Positions 1 to 8,590 of a stretch of DNA of 48,406 bases are shown here, piece by piece; within the stretch, counting starts at the first letter, position 1, and every line of letters begins with the position of its first letter. The notes beneath the pieces were generated by a model. It searched no databases, had not been told where the DNA came from, and worked only from the letters and a program-made list of their open reading frames with translations. The translations under genes and the position numbers were made by a program. The DNA is from a virus (taxonomy: Duplodnaviria; Heunggongvirae; Uroviricota; Caudoviricetes). The stretch lies in the IMG/VR virus record IMGVR_UViG_2531839448_000004; one strand, given 5' to 3'.

Positions 1-921
1 ATGGGCGTGCAAAAAGTGGATAGCGCACGCGCCCTTATTGCCCGGGGATGGGGAGTAAGCTTAGTCAGCCGTTGTCTCCGGGTGTCGCGTGCGCAGTTGC
101 ACGTCATTCTCAGACGAACCGATGACTGGAAAGATGGTCGCCGCAGCCGTCACTCAGATGATACGGATGTGCTTCTCCGTATACACCATGTTATCGGAGA
201 GCTGCCCACATATGGTTATCGTCGGGTATGGGCGCTGCTTCGCAGACAGGCCGAACTTGATGGTATGCCTGCGATCAATGCCAAACGTATTTACCGGATC
301 ATGCGCCAGAATGCGCTGTTGCTTGAGCGAAAACCCGCTGTACCGCCATCGAAACGGGCACATACCGGCAGAGTGGCTGTGAAAGAAAGTAATCAGCGAT
401 GGTGCTCTGACGGGTTCGAGTTCCGCTGTGATAACGGAGAAAAACTGCGAGTCACGTTCGCGCTGGACTGCTGTGACCGTGAGGCACTGCACTGGGCGGT
501 CACTACGGGCGGCTTCAACAGTGAAACAGTACAGGACGTCATGCTGGGAGCGGTGGAACGCCGTTTCGGCAACGAGCTTCCGGCGTCTCCAGTAGAGTGG
601 CTGACGGATAATGGTTCATGCTACCGGGCTAATGAAACACGGCAGTTTGCCCGGATGTTGGGGCTTGAACCGAAGAACACGGCGGTGCGGAGTCCGGAGA
701 GTAACGGCATAGCAGAGAGCTTCGTGAAAACGATAAAGCGTGACTACATCAGTGTCATGCCCAAACCAGACGGGTTAACGGCAGCAAAGAACCTTGCAGA
801 GGCATTCGAGCATTATAACGAATGGCATCCGCATAGTGCACTGGGTTATCGCTCGCCACGGGAATATCTACGGCAGCAAGCCAGTAATGGGTTAAGTGAT
901 AACAGGTGTCTGGAAATATAG
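1..921 (+). CDS. insD: IS2 transposase OrfB (InsD); the orfB frame is open from the window edge
   Basis: Translation (...[33 protein letters not shown]...[31 protein letters not shown]) matches recalled IS2 InsD almost end to end; DDE/rve core. Confidence 0.92.
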   Translation: MGVQKVDSARALIARGWGVSLVSRCLRVSRAQLHVILRRTDDWKDGRRSRHSDDTDVLLRIHHVIGELPTYGYRRVWALLRRQAELDGMPAINAKRIYRIMRQNALLLERKPAVPPSKRAHTGRVAVKESNQRWCSDGFEFRCDNGEKLRVTFALDCCDREALHWAVTTGGFNSETVQDVMLGAVERRFGNELPASPVEWLTDNGSCYRANETRQFARMLGLEPKNTAVRSPESNGIAESFVKTIKRDYISVMPKPDGLTAAKNLAEAFEHYNEWHPHSALGYRSPREYLRQQASNGLSDNRCLEI

Positions 922-932
922 GGGCAAATCCA
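1..932 (+). mobile_element. IS2, right-hand portion (element continues left of the window); right terminus ...GGGGCAAATCCA ends at 932
   Basis: The InsD ORF runs from the window edge to 921 and is followed by the IS2 right inverted-repeat sequence ggttaagtgataacaggtgtctggaaatataggggcaaatcca (889-932). Confidence 0.9.
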
Positions 933-1099
933 TTATCCTGGTGAATAACTTTATCGACCGGGTAACAGTTACCGGGAATTTTCTGTTCGGTTGCTGCAGT
1001 CATACACTCCTGCATTGTCCTGTGAACACTGACTGCAATATCAACTGGCACTCCGGAAACAAGAAAAACTGTCAGAACAAGCGCAAATGCTGAATTCAT
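933..1099 (-). pseudogene. ydfD-like small ORF whose 3' end is replaced by the IS2 terminus
   Basis: Minus-strand ORF starting MNSAFALVLTVFLVSGVPVDIAVSVHRTMQECMTAATEQKIPGNCYPVDKVIHQD (ATG at 1099, overlapping the dicB stop) reads straight into IS2 sequence at 932. Confidence 0.45.
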
Positions 1100-1284
1100 T
1101 GTGCACATCCTTTTGGCATCAGACGTAAACGAGCCAGCATTGAAACAATGCATATTTTATTTAATAGCTCCCGTTCTTGTTTTCTCTTGTTAATGGCATC
1201 TTCAGTAAATACAGGGTTACTGATAGTGACACCAATTTCAAAACAACCTTCAGACGTATTAACGTTTGGTAATAACGTTTTCAT
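1096..1284 (-). CDS. dicB: Cell-division inhibitor DicB (62 aa)
   Basis: Internal Met of the 97-aa track ORF gives MKTLLPNVNTSEGCFEIGVTISNPVFTEDAINKRKQERELLNKICIVSMLARLRLMPKGCAQ, matching DicB; sits downstream of dicF as in Qin. Confidence 0.85.
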   Translation of the reverse strand: MKTLLPNVNTSEGCFEIGVTISNPVFTEDAINKRKQERELLNKICIVSMLARLRLMPKGCAQ

Positions 1285-1455
1285 TATCGCGTCCTCAACA
1301 ATGAATTTTGTGATGCAGTGCCTGGTGCCTCCAGGTGACGTTAACCAGTTAACAATTAACGTCGGATACAGAGAATCCACCCATAACACTGTTTTTGGTT
1401 TTAACTGTTCCGCGTGCGCTTAGCCGTATTCACCGCATCACAAAATTCACTTTAA

Positions 1456-1513
1456 AAAGGGCGGCAGAGCAGTCACGGAGTAAAACTGATACCGCCAAAC
1501 GTCACCAGAAAAT
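1456..1513 (-). ncRNA. dicF: DicF small RNA (ftsZ-targeting sRNA) with its intrinsic terminator
   Basis: Reverse complement of 1461-1513 reads TTTCTGGTGACGTTTGGCGGTATCAGTTTTACTCCGTGACTGCTCTGCCGCC followed by CTTTTTAAAG, matching the DicF sequence and terminator as I recall them. Confidence 0.85.
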
Positions 1514-1770
1514 TGATAACAGAGGGCGTTGCAGCGGGGTTGTCACTTAAGCGTATGGTCAACCTGACAACCCGGTGTCCTCAACGGGGAAGGAATAACC
1601 CCGCCATACTTACCGCCGCGCCATTTTGCGGGTTGCCACAACCGGAAGCGCACGGTCGAATTAAATTTAACGACACCGTACAGTGAGACGAACTTCGCCG
1701 TGCGCTTTCGTGTTGTGTGCCTGCTTTTAACCACGTCAGGCGAGGTGGTATCCTTAAAATCACCACAGTT

Positions 1771-2346
1771 TTAAGGATTCATTAAGCAATGTCGCAACCA
1801 CCAATAAATCCGCTTAAGAACATGAAAATTGATTACTGGTATAAAGCTCTTACAGTTGTTGGCGCTGCGTTGTTTGTCTTTAATGGAACGTCTTTTTTTG
1901 ACAGATATCCCGTTGTTCCATTGGGTTTTTTGTCCTCCGGCATCTTTTTTATTGGTTTGGGGGAGTGGATTAATCACCCTCTCATAGTGAGATTTATTGG
2001 TCCTGGAGTTTGGACTCGTGGATATAATCGTTCTTCGTGCGCACTCGGTATCATCTTCGACATACTTGGTTGTTTCCTGATTGTTACAGGAGTCGTCAAG
2101 TTCTTCTGATGTAAAACCGCAAATGGGGCACGTAACGGGAATTTTGAAAAGCGTTTCTCCGGGTTCCAGAACAAAATTTTCTGCGGTCTGATTTTGCTTC
2201 TCATATTTGTGCTCCGCGTCATTGTGAGAGCACATTCTTATTCTGAGTGCCTGTTTAAACTCACTGAAGCTGAGAGCTTCTTCGCCTTCGGCAAGGCCTT
2301 CGAAGTATTCTTCGTAAGCCTTTTCCATGATTGTGTCGAAATCCAT
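1771..2346 (-). CDS. Hypothetical protein of the ydfABC-dicF operon; N-terminus YdfB-like (MDFDTIMEKAYEEYFEGLAEGEE...), contains a CPICG motif
   Basis: ATG at 2346 lies just after the ydfA stop; continuous 191-codon frame between ydfA and dicF. Start chosen at the YdfB-like Met rather than the track start. Confidence 0.5.
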   Translation of the reverse strand: MDFDTIMEKAYEEYFEGLAEGEEALSFSEFKQALRIRMCSHNDAEHKYEKQNQTAENFVLEPGETLFKIPVTCPICGFTSEELDDSCNNQETTKYVEDDTECARRTIISTSPNSRTNKSHYERVINPLPQTNKKDAGGQKTQWNNGISVKKRRSIKDKQRSANNCKSFIPVINFHVLKRIYWWLRHCLMNP

Positions 2347-2347
2347 A

Positions 2348-2503
2348 TCACTCACCTGAGTTTCTTTCCAGCCAGCGACGGGCACCATTTTCGGTTTTAA
2401 ACGTTTTGCTTTTGGTATACGTCATCGCGGTGAACGTGCCGTCCTGGTTGGGGAACACGCCACATACCAGAGATTCGCTGTTGCCAAGATCGATAGTATC
2501 CAT
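2348..2503 (-). CDS. ydfA: YdfA (51 aa)
   Basis: Internal Met gives MDTIDLGNSESLVCGVFPNQDGTFTAMTYTKSKTFKTENGARRWLERNSGE, matching recalled YdfA; first gene downstream of dicA. Confidence 0.75.
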   Translation of the reverse strand: MDTIDLGNSESLVCGVFPNQDGTFTAMTYTKSKTFKTENGARRWLERNSGE

Positions 2504-2694
2504 GCTGACCTCATTTCCCCTTAACGCCGGGGTAGCGGAACTGTTTGCTGAGAACACCGTGCGGTGTCTTGATGGAGGTAATTTAGTTTTCTCATTATTT
2601 TCGTCAAGTTTTTTTGATGAGAAAACTCAAGTGTTGGCGCAAGATAAAGCCAATACATTGAAATGTAAGGCTTTAAAATTTTGTGAAGGGATGA

Positions 2695-3102
2695 TTATTG
2701 ATGCTTGTTGCGTTTGCGAGCCTCTAATAGCTCGGTGAACAGGCGATTAAAATTCTCAACGCGGGCGCGGAGTTCGCTGAGTTGTGCTTGTTGCTCTGAT
2801 TTAGGAAGTGCGCGATACAAACGCAGCATCTCTAACTCATCTTCCGATAAGTCTAAGGCACTATCGAGTGAAACAGGGGGAGCTGGTGTTTTGTCCTCGT
2901 CGCCAAACAGTATCCAAGTTGGTGAACATTGCAATACCTCGGCGAGGCGATGCAAATTTTGCCCGCGCGGGGCTGTATGGTCACTTTCCCATAATGAAAT
3001 TGATGAGCCAGATACGCCAGCAGCTTTGCTTAAACCGTTTTGACTTAAGCCTACCTGCTTACGTCTTTCTCTAATGCGTTGACCTAAAGTTTTCTCGTTC
3101 AT
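2695..3102 (-). CDS. dicA: DicA-like HTH (XRE family) repressor, 135 aa
   Basis: MNEKTLGQRIRERRKQVGLSQNGLSKAAGVSGSSISLWESDHTAPRGQNLHRLAEVLQCSPTWILFGDEDK... shares the HTH and the LQCSPTWILFGDEDK block with DicA; divergent from the cro-like gene. Start set at the Met giving DicA length (ATG at 3100-3102). Confidence 0.8.
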   Translation of the reverse strand: MNEKTLGQRIRERRKQVGLSQNGLSKAAGVSGSSISLWESDHTAPRGQNLHRLAEVLQCSPTWILFGDEDKTPAPPVSLDSALDLSEDELEMLRLYRALPKSEQQAQLSELRARVENFNRLFTELLEARKRNKHQ

Positions 3103-3179
3103 ATTTAGATATCTTAATAACCCTTGACTTGAGATTCCTTGAGTGATTAGCATTGAGAAAACTCAATATTGGAGGTGCG
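3103..3179. promoter_or_regulatory. Divergent dicA/dicC-type promoter-operator region
   Basis: A 77-bp intergenic region between divergent repressor genes; contains the inverted repeat cATTGAGaaaaCTCAATat and a TTGACT -35-like hexamer. Confidence 0.5.
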
Positions 3180-3407
3180 ATGTTTAAATCAGACGTAATT
3201 AATTTTTACGGTACGAAAGCCAAAGTAGCGAAAGCTGCTGGCGTTGACCCATCTGCTGTTTCTCAATGGCAAGAGCTGGTTCCTGAAGGTCGCGCGATGC
3301 GTCTACAGGAGGCATCTGGCGGCGAGCTTCTGTATGATCCCAAGGTTTATGACGAATATCGTAAGACGAAGCGGGCGGGGCGGTTGAACAATGAAAATCA
3401 CTCCTGA
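3180..3407 (+). CDS. dicC: DicC-like (Cro-like) small DNA-binding protein
   Basis: MFKSDVINFYGTKAKVAKAAGVDPSAVSQWQELVPEGRAMRLQEASGGELLYDPKVYDEYRKTKRAGRLNNENHS; GGAGGTG ribosome-binding site 6 nt upstream; divergent from dicA. Confidence 0.75.
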   Translation: MFKSDVINFYGTKAKVAKAAGVDPSAVSQWQELVPEGRAMRLQEASGGELLYDPKVYDEYRKTKRAGRLNNENHS

Positions 3408-3912
3408 ACAGGCTCGTGAGGCTCTGGATGCCTGGATATGTCGACCAGGAATGACACAGGAGCAGGCGACGATATTAATCACTGAAGCATTCTGGGCTTT
3501 GAAAGAGCGCCCGAACATCGATGTTCAGCGTGTCACAGATGAAGGTGGCGCGGTTGATCAGCGAGCACTTGGCGTTAATCGAGTGAAGATATTCGAACGC
3601 TGGAAGGCTATCGACACCAGGGATAAGCGTGAAAAGTTCACGGCGCTAGTGCCTGCAATTATGGAGGCTATTCGGATTAATGATTTCAGGTTGTATCGTG
3701 AAATTAGTGACGGAAAAAGCATCACGTACATGATCGCCGGGTTAAACAAAGAATATGGCGATGTGGTGGAGTCCGGACTGCTTTTTGCTGATCCTGCCGT
3801 AGTGGATCGTGAAACTGACGAACTTATAGAAAAAGCAATTGCTTTCAAACTTGCGTATCGACAGCAATACCAACAAAAAGCTGGATGGAATTATGAGCCT
3901 TCTTTTTGCTGA
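3391..3912 (+). CDS. Hypothetical prophage early protein, YdaT-like by position
   Basis: 173-aa ORF overlapping the dicC stop, in the slot occupied by ydaT (Rac) or cII (lambda); sequence similarity to YdaT is weak and from memory only. Confidence 0.45.
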   Translation: MKITPEQAREALDAWICRPGMTQEQATILITEAFWALKERPNIDVQRVTDEGGAVDQRALGVNRVKIFERWKAIDTRDKREKFTALVPAIMEAIRINDFRLYREISDGKSITYMIAGLNKEYGDVVESGLLFADPAVVDRETDELIEKAIAFKLAYRQQYQQKAGWNYEPSFC

Positions 3913-4858
3913 ACGCCCACTGGTTATAAACACACAGCTTGCGATGAAGATTGGCTTAAATGAAGCCATTGTGTTGCAGCAGTTGCATTACTGGTTGAGA
4001 GATACCAATTCCGGCATGGAATGTGATGGTGTTCGCTGGATTTACAACACAACGGAACAATGGCTGGAACAGTTCCCATTCTGGTCAGAGTCAACGTTAA
4101 AGCGCGCGTTTGCAAGTCTGAAAACGCTGGGGCTTTTGCGTTGTGAAAAGCTCAATAAATCAAAGCGCGATATGACCAATTTCTACACGATCAACTACGG
4201 GAGCGAGCTTTTAGATGGTGGCAAATTGAGCGAATCCATCGGTTTAAAATGCGCCGCTCCATCAGGTCAAAATGACACGATGGAAGAGGTCAAAATGAAA
4301 CGCTCCATTGGTTCAAAACGACCCAATGTCATCGGGTCAAAATGGCCTGATGATCTTACAGAGAATACAACAGAGATTACTACAGAGAATAAAAACACTT
4401 TTCGTCCGGAAGCTTCGCAACCGGACCCGCAGACCGCTGAACAGGATTTTTTAACCCGGAACCCCGACGCGGTTGTGTTTAGTGCGAAAAAACGCCAGTG
4501 GGGTAGCAGGGAGGATTTGGCGTGTGCGCAGTGGATTTGGGGGCGGATCGTGAACCTTTACGAACAGGCTGCCAGCGACGATGGAGAGATCATGCGACCA
4601 AAAGAGCCTAACTGGACAGCCTGGGCCAATGACGTGCGCACAATGCGGATGCTGGATGGCAGAAGCCACAGACAAATTTGCGAAATGTTTGGTCGGGTAC
4701 AGCGAGATCAATTCTGGGTAAAAAACATCATGAGCCCGTCAAAACTCCGCGAAAAATGGGACGAACTGGTCATCCGCCTGGGACGTTCACCTGTACAGCG
4801 TTGTGTGAATCATATTTCTGAACCGGATACAGAAATTCCGCCTGGTTTCAGGGGATAA
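3893..4858 (+). CDS. Putative phage replication initiation protein (N-terminal HTH, DnaT-like C-terminal part)
   Basis: MSLLFAERPLVINTQLAMKIGLNEAIVLQQLHYWL... is the winged-helix N-terminus typical of phage replication initiators; located after the cro/cII-like genes. Confidence 0.65.
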   Translation: MSLLFAERPLVINTQLAMKIGLNEAIVLQQLHYWLRDTNSGMECDGVRWIYNTTEQWLEQFPFWSESTLKRAFASLKTLGLLRCEKLNKSKRDMTNFYTINYGSELLDGGKLSESIGLKCAAPSGQNDTMEEVKMKRSIGSKRPNVIGSKWPDDLTENTTEITTENKNTFRPEASQPDPQTAEQDFLTRNPDAVVFSAKKRQWGSREDLACAQWIWGRIVNLYEQAASDDGEIMRPKEPNWTAWANDVRTMRMLDGRSHRQICEMFGRVQRDQFWVKNIMSPSKLREKWDELVIRLGRSPVQRCVNHISEPDTEIPPGFRG

Positions 4859-4898
4859 GTGTTGATTTTAGGGTATAAAGTAATGTTCAGGAGGACTT

Positions 4899-5318
4899 GT
4901 GGCAAAAGTTTTTACACAAGAAGAGCGGGAAAAAATTAAAGGGCAGGTGGTGGAACTCGTACGCCAGAGTGGGCGCGAGACGTTACGACAACTGGAAGCT
5001 AAAACTGGGGCAACAAGATATCTGATGAGCGTTCTGGCCAGAGAGCTGGTTGCCAGTGGCGATGTATACAGCTCTGGTTACGGGTTATTCCCGTCTGAAC
5101 AGGCGCGTAAGGACTGGCAAAACGCCCGCAAAAAACTCTCGAGGGCAAAGGTGAAGAAACCTGCTGTGGTTGATCCGGACCTTATCTGGTCATTACCTGA
5201 CGGAGAAATACGTCGCTACGACAGTCGTCTAAACATAATCTGTCGCGAGTGCCGGAAGGCAAGGAGAAGCAGGCTATTGTTAACACCAAGCTGTAATGTC
5301 CCCTTTGAACCATTCTAA
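4899..5318 (+). CDS. Hypothetical protein (GTG start); C-terminus may be altered by the adjacent insertion
   Basis: 139-codon ORF with AGGAGG ribosome-binding site before GTG at 4899; ends just before a hairpin and the transposase gene. Confidence 0.45.
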   Translation: MAKVFTQEEREKIKGQVVELVRQSGRETLRQLEAKTGATRYLMSVLARELVASGDVYSSGYGLFPSEQARKDWQNARKKLSRAKVKKPAVVDPDLIWSLPDGEIRRYDSRLNIICRECRKARRSRLLLTPSCNVPFEPF

Positions 5319-5319
5319 A

Positions 5320-6940
5320 ATGTCCCCAGACAATTCTCTGGGGGATTTTTCATGATCAAAGAGACTGTTACGATGAGTCATAAGGAACTCCACCGACTTC
5401 AGATTATTCAGGAGTCAATTAATCGACATATTACTCAGGAACAAGCTGCGGCACGCATTGGCATTTCTATTCGGCAGGTTAAACGTCTGGTGCAACGGTA
5501 TAGAAATGAAGGGCCTTCTGGTCTGGTTTCCCACCGACGTGGAAAGCGTCCTAATAATTCCTTTTCTACTGAATTCAGAGCAACAGTAATTTCACTCCTC
5601 AAAGGCCGTTACGCTGATTTTGGACCTACGTTTGCGTGCGAAAAATTGCGCGAGATACACGGTTTATCTTTATCCGTTGAAACTCTCAGAAAGTGGATGA
5701 TAGAAGAGGGGTTATGGCGTGAACGCCGTCGTAAAATTGCCCGTATATATCAACGCCGCATGCGACGACCATCTTACGGTGAACTGATCCAGATTGATGG
5801 CTCACCTCATGACTGGTTTGAAAATCGAGGCCCCAGATGTACACTGATCGTTTTCATTGATGATGCCACCAGTGCGTTGATGGCGTTGCGTTTTGTGCCT
5901 GCTGAAACAACCCGGGCTTACATGGAAACCCTCCGGGGTTACCTTAATGATCATGGCGTACCGCTCGCTCTCTACTCTGATAGACACAGTATATTCAGGG
6001 TAAATAACCCAGAGCGGGAAGGTGAGCTGACCCAGTTCACTCGTGCGATAAAGACACTGGGCATCGAGCCAATCCATGCCAACAGCCCGCAGGCAAAAGG
6101 GCGGGTAGAGCGCGCCAATCAGACACTACAGGACAGGCTGGTCAAAGAAATGCGGCTTCAGAATATCAGTGATATTGAAACAGCAAATGCATGGTTGCCG
6201 ACCTTTATTGAAGCCTATAACAACCGGTTCGCTACGTCGCCTCGTACTACTGATAATGCTCATCTTGATGTGCACCATTCTGAAGAGGAACTGGGTTATA
6301 TCTTCAGCCTACAGGCGAAGCGCGTTCTGTCTAAAAATCTCACTTTCCAGTACAAAAGCAGTGCGTTTCAGGTACGCAGTGAGGGCCGGGGATATCGACT
6401 TAGGCATTCAGTTGTTACTGTATGTGAGAACTTTGACGGTGAAATTAACGTTCTGTATGACGGGAAAGCGCTGGGCTGGGAAAAGTATGTTGATGGCCCG
6501 GAGCCTATACCACTGGATGATGAAAAGAGTGTCCATGAACGAGTGGATAATGCCCGTATTGATTTACGCTCAAAATACTATGTTAAATCTAAAGCTGACC
6601 ATCCCTGGCTTACGCGCCGAACGCAAAGTCATCAGCAAGTTAAGCCCCCGAAGTTACCTAAAAAGAAGCCTGATCCCGATAAAATAGATTGAAACCAAGA
6701 TCGATTCGGTTGAGTGCATATCCATTCATAGGGTAGATTCTTAAGTCGCGTTTCTGGTGTTCATTTTCGGGTGGTTTGTTACTTGTTTTACCGGGGATAT
6801 GCCAGAAACGCGCTGAGTCAGTCTGGGCGGTGCGCGTAATGAGGCGTTATGGTAAATAGCCTATGCTAATGTCCGCTAAGAGCAAGAAGCGGAAGTTGGC
6901 AGTTTTGTGGACTGTCCCCACAAAAGTGACTACAGAAATA
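5320..6940 (+). mobile_element. Insertion element carrying one rve-type DDE transposase; family and exact ends unresolved
   Basis: A transposase gene lies in phage early DNA flanked by non-coding stretches; TGTCCCCA-containing sequences and hairpins occur on both flanks (5318-5345 and 6915-6940), but no clean terminal inverted repeats were found by eye. Confidence 0.35.
5352..6692 (+). CDS. DDE transposase, integrase-core (rve) superfamily, IS481/ISNCY-like
   Basis: 446 aa; N-terminal HTH (HRLQIIQESINRHITQEQAAARIGISIRQVKRL); catalytic-core signature ...SPQAKGRVERANQTLQDRL typical of rve transposases. Confidence 0.8.
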   Translation: MIKETVTMSHKELHRLQIIQESINRHITQEQAAARIGISIRQVKRLVQRYRNEGPSGLVSHRRGKRPNNSFSTEFRATVISLLKGRYADFGPTFACEKLREIHGLSLSVETLRKWMIEEGLWRERRRKIARIYQRRMRRPSYGELIQIDGSPHDWFENRGPRCTLIVFIDDATSALMALRFVPAETTRAYMETLRGYLNDHGVPLALYSDRHSIFRVNNPEREGELTQFTRAIKTLGIEPIHANSPQAKGRVERANQTLQDRLVKEMRLQNISDIETANAWLPTFIEAYNNRFATSPRTTDNAHLDVHHSEEELGYIFSLQAKRVLSKNLTFQYKSSAFQVRSEGRGYRLRHSVVTVCENFDGEINVLYDGKALGWEKYVDGPEPIPLDDEKSVHERVDNARIDLRSKYYVKSKADHPWLTRRTQSHQQVKPPKLPKKKPDPDKID

Positions 6941-7124
6941 GTTGCAATTCATAATTGATCATGGGTTGTCAGTTAAACTCGTGGCGATTTAAATAGACTA
7001 ATTGGGAGTGCGTCCATTACTTATATCTTGTAATGTTAACTATCAGAAATGATACAAAGATAATATGTCTTTAAAGAAAAGGCTGATGGCGAAAAGTGGC
7101 CCGATGAGGGCCACAATACGGCTG

Positions 7125-7460
7125 TCACTTAGACGTAAATATCAATGGTGCCAGCGGTATTTGTATCGTCTTTTTTCTCTTCTTTTTATCAGGCTGAACT
7201 GTCGCGTCTTTATTCTTTTTCTCTGCCTGCTGCCTTAACAACTGCTCCAGTTGAGCCCTGAGGCTTTCAATTTGCTTCTGTACCAATGCAGCCATTTCTT
7301 TTTTCTGCTGTGTCGTCATCCCCTCTTCCGATGAGATTTTCCCAAGCTTTTCAGTCAGCACCTGAATTTGTCTTGTGATTTTGGCTATTTCTGATGTTCC
7401 TTCCGGGGCGGAGTTGTTTGAAATAACGGTTGAGGTATTTCCCTGAATTGTGACAGACAT
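7125..7460 (-). CDS. flxA: FlxA (sigma-28-dependent prophage protein)
   Basis: MSVTIQGNTSTVISNNSAPEGTSEIAKITRQIQVLTEKLGK... 111 aa, matches FlxA. Confidence 0.9.
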   Translation of the reverse strand: MSVTIQGNTSTVISNNSAPEGTSEIAKITRQIQVLTEKLGKISSEEGMTTQQKKEMAALVQKQIESLRAQLEQLLRQQAEKKNKDATVQPDKKKRKKTIQIPLAPLIFTSK

Positions 7461-7483
7461 AGATTTCTCCTTTTAAAAAAGCA

Positions 7484-7510
7484 CTATCGGCATGCACAAA
7501 AAAATCTTTA
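7484..7510 (-). promoter_or_regulatory. Sigma-28 (FliA) promoter of flxA
   Basis: Reverse complement reads TAAAGATT-N11-GCCGATAG, close to the FliA consensus TAAAGTTT-N11-GCCGATAA, about 25-50 bp upstream of the flxA start. Confidence 0.65.
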
Positions 7511-7955
7511 ATCGTATTTCTTGTGTCATTAATTGTTTGATGTTCAGATTGTTTTCCTCGCGGGCTGGCGCGCCTCAGAAAGTAAAGCTTGTTGACAGGG
7601 GTAAACGTTCGGCAATAATTTTCTGCCGCATGCGGGTGTTGCATAAAACGTGCTACGTTCCTTTATCGACAGGTCAGGTCACCGCTCACCCGCCGACGAG
7701 AAAGCAACACTGACATGCTAAAGCAAAAAATAGATGAATAAGTTGAGTTGTGCATATGTAGCCTGACCGTCACAAAGTATATGGTGTCTGTACCAGTAAG
7801 ATGATGGCCGGACTCTTTAAAAACGAGCTGACCTGCACAATACAGGATGGACTTAGCAATGGCTGCTCCTGGCACAAAGCGGACAGTGATCACCGTTCTT
7901 ACGACTACTTTCTGACTTCCTTCGTGACTTGCCCTAAGCATGTTGTAGTGCGATA

Positions 7956-7981
7956 CTTGTAATGACATTTGTAATTACAAG
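7956..7981 (+). promoter_or_regulatory. relO-like palindromic operator upstream of relB
   Basis: CTTGTAATgacatttgtaATTACAAG inverted repeat 12 bp upstream of the relB ATG. Confidence 0.6.
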
Positions 7982-7992
7982 AGGTGTAAGAC

Positions 7993-8232
7993 ATGGGTAG
8001 CATTAACCTGCGTATTGACGATGAACTTAAAGCGCGTTCTTACGCCGCGCTTGAAAAAATGGGTGTAACTCCTTCTGAAGCGCTTCGTCTCATGCTCGAG
8101 TATATCGCTGACAATGAACGCTTGCCGTTCAAACAGACACTCCTGAGTGATGAAGATGCTGAACTTGTGGAGATAGTGAAAGAACGGCTTCGTAATCCTA
8201 AGCCAGTACGTGTGACGCTGGATGAACTCTGA
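7993..8232 (+). CDS. relB: RelB antitoxin
   Basis: MGSINLRIDDELKARSYAALEKMGVTPSEALRLMLEYIADNERLPFKQTLLSDEDAELVEIVKERLRNPKPVRVTLDEL. Confidence 0.93.
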   Translation: MGSINLRIDDELKARSYAALEKMGVTPSEALRLMLEYIADNERLPFKQTLLSDEDAELVEIVKERLRNPKPVRVTLDEL

Positions 8233-8519
8233 TGGCGTATTTTCTGGATTTTGACGAGCGGGCACTAAAGGAATGGCGAAAGCTGGGCTCGACGGTACGT
8301 GAACAGTTGAAAAAGAAGCTGGTTGAAGTACTTGAGTCACCCCGGATTGAAGCAAACAAGCTCCGTGGTATGCCTGATTGTTACAAGATTAAGCTCCGGT
8401 CTTCAGGCTATCGCCTTGTATACCAGGTTATAGACGAGAAAGTTGTCGTTTTCGTGATTTCTGTTGGGAAAAGAGAACGCTCGGAAGTATATAGCGAGGC
8501 GGTCAAACGCATTCTCTGA
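8232..8519 (+). CDS. relE: RelE mRNA-interferase toxin
   Basis: MAYFLDFDERALKEWRKLGSTVREQLKKKLVEVLESPRIEANKLRGMPDCYKIKLRSSGYRLVYQVIDEKVVVFVISVGKRERSEVYSEAVKRIL; ATGA overlap with relB. Confidence 0.93.
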   Translation: MAYFLDFDERALKEWRKLGSTVREQLKKKLVEVLESPRIEANKLRGMPDCYKIKLRSSGYRLVYQVIDEKVVVFVISVGKRERSEVYSEAVKRIL

Positions 8520-8590
8520 ACCAAAGCATGACATCTCTGTTTCGCACCGAAGGTGACACTTCTGCTTTGCGTTGACAGGAGAAGCAGGCT

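Noticed and set aside
2695-3153. Longer 152-codon form of the dicA-like gene starting at 3153
   Set aside because: It would leave only 26 bp for the divergent promoters and removes the palindromic operator from intergenic DNA; the 135-aa form matches DicA length.
7351-7713. ORFs of 97 and 73 codons overlapping the flxA start and promoter region
   Set aside because: They overlap the flxA coding start and its sigma-28 promoter and have no ribosome-binding site or recognisable sequence.
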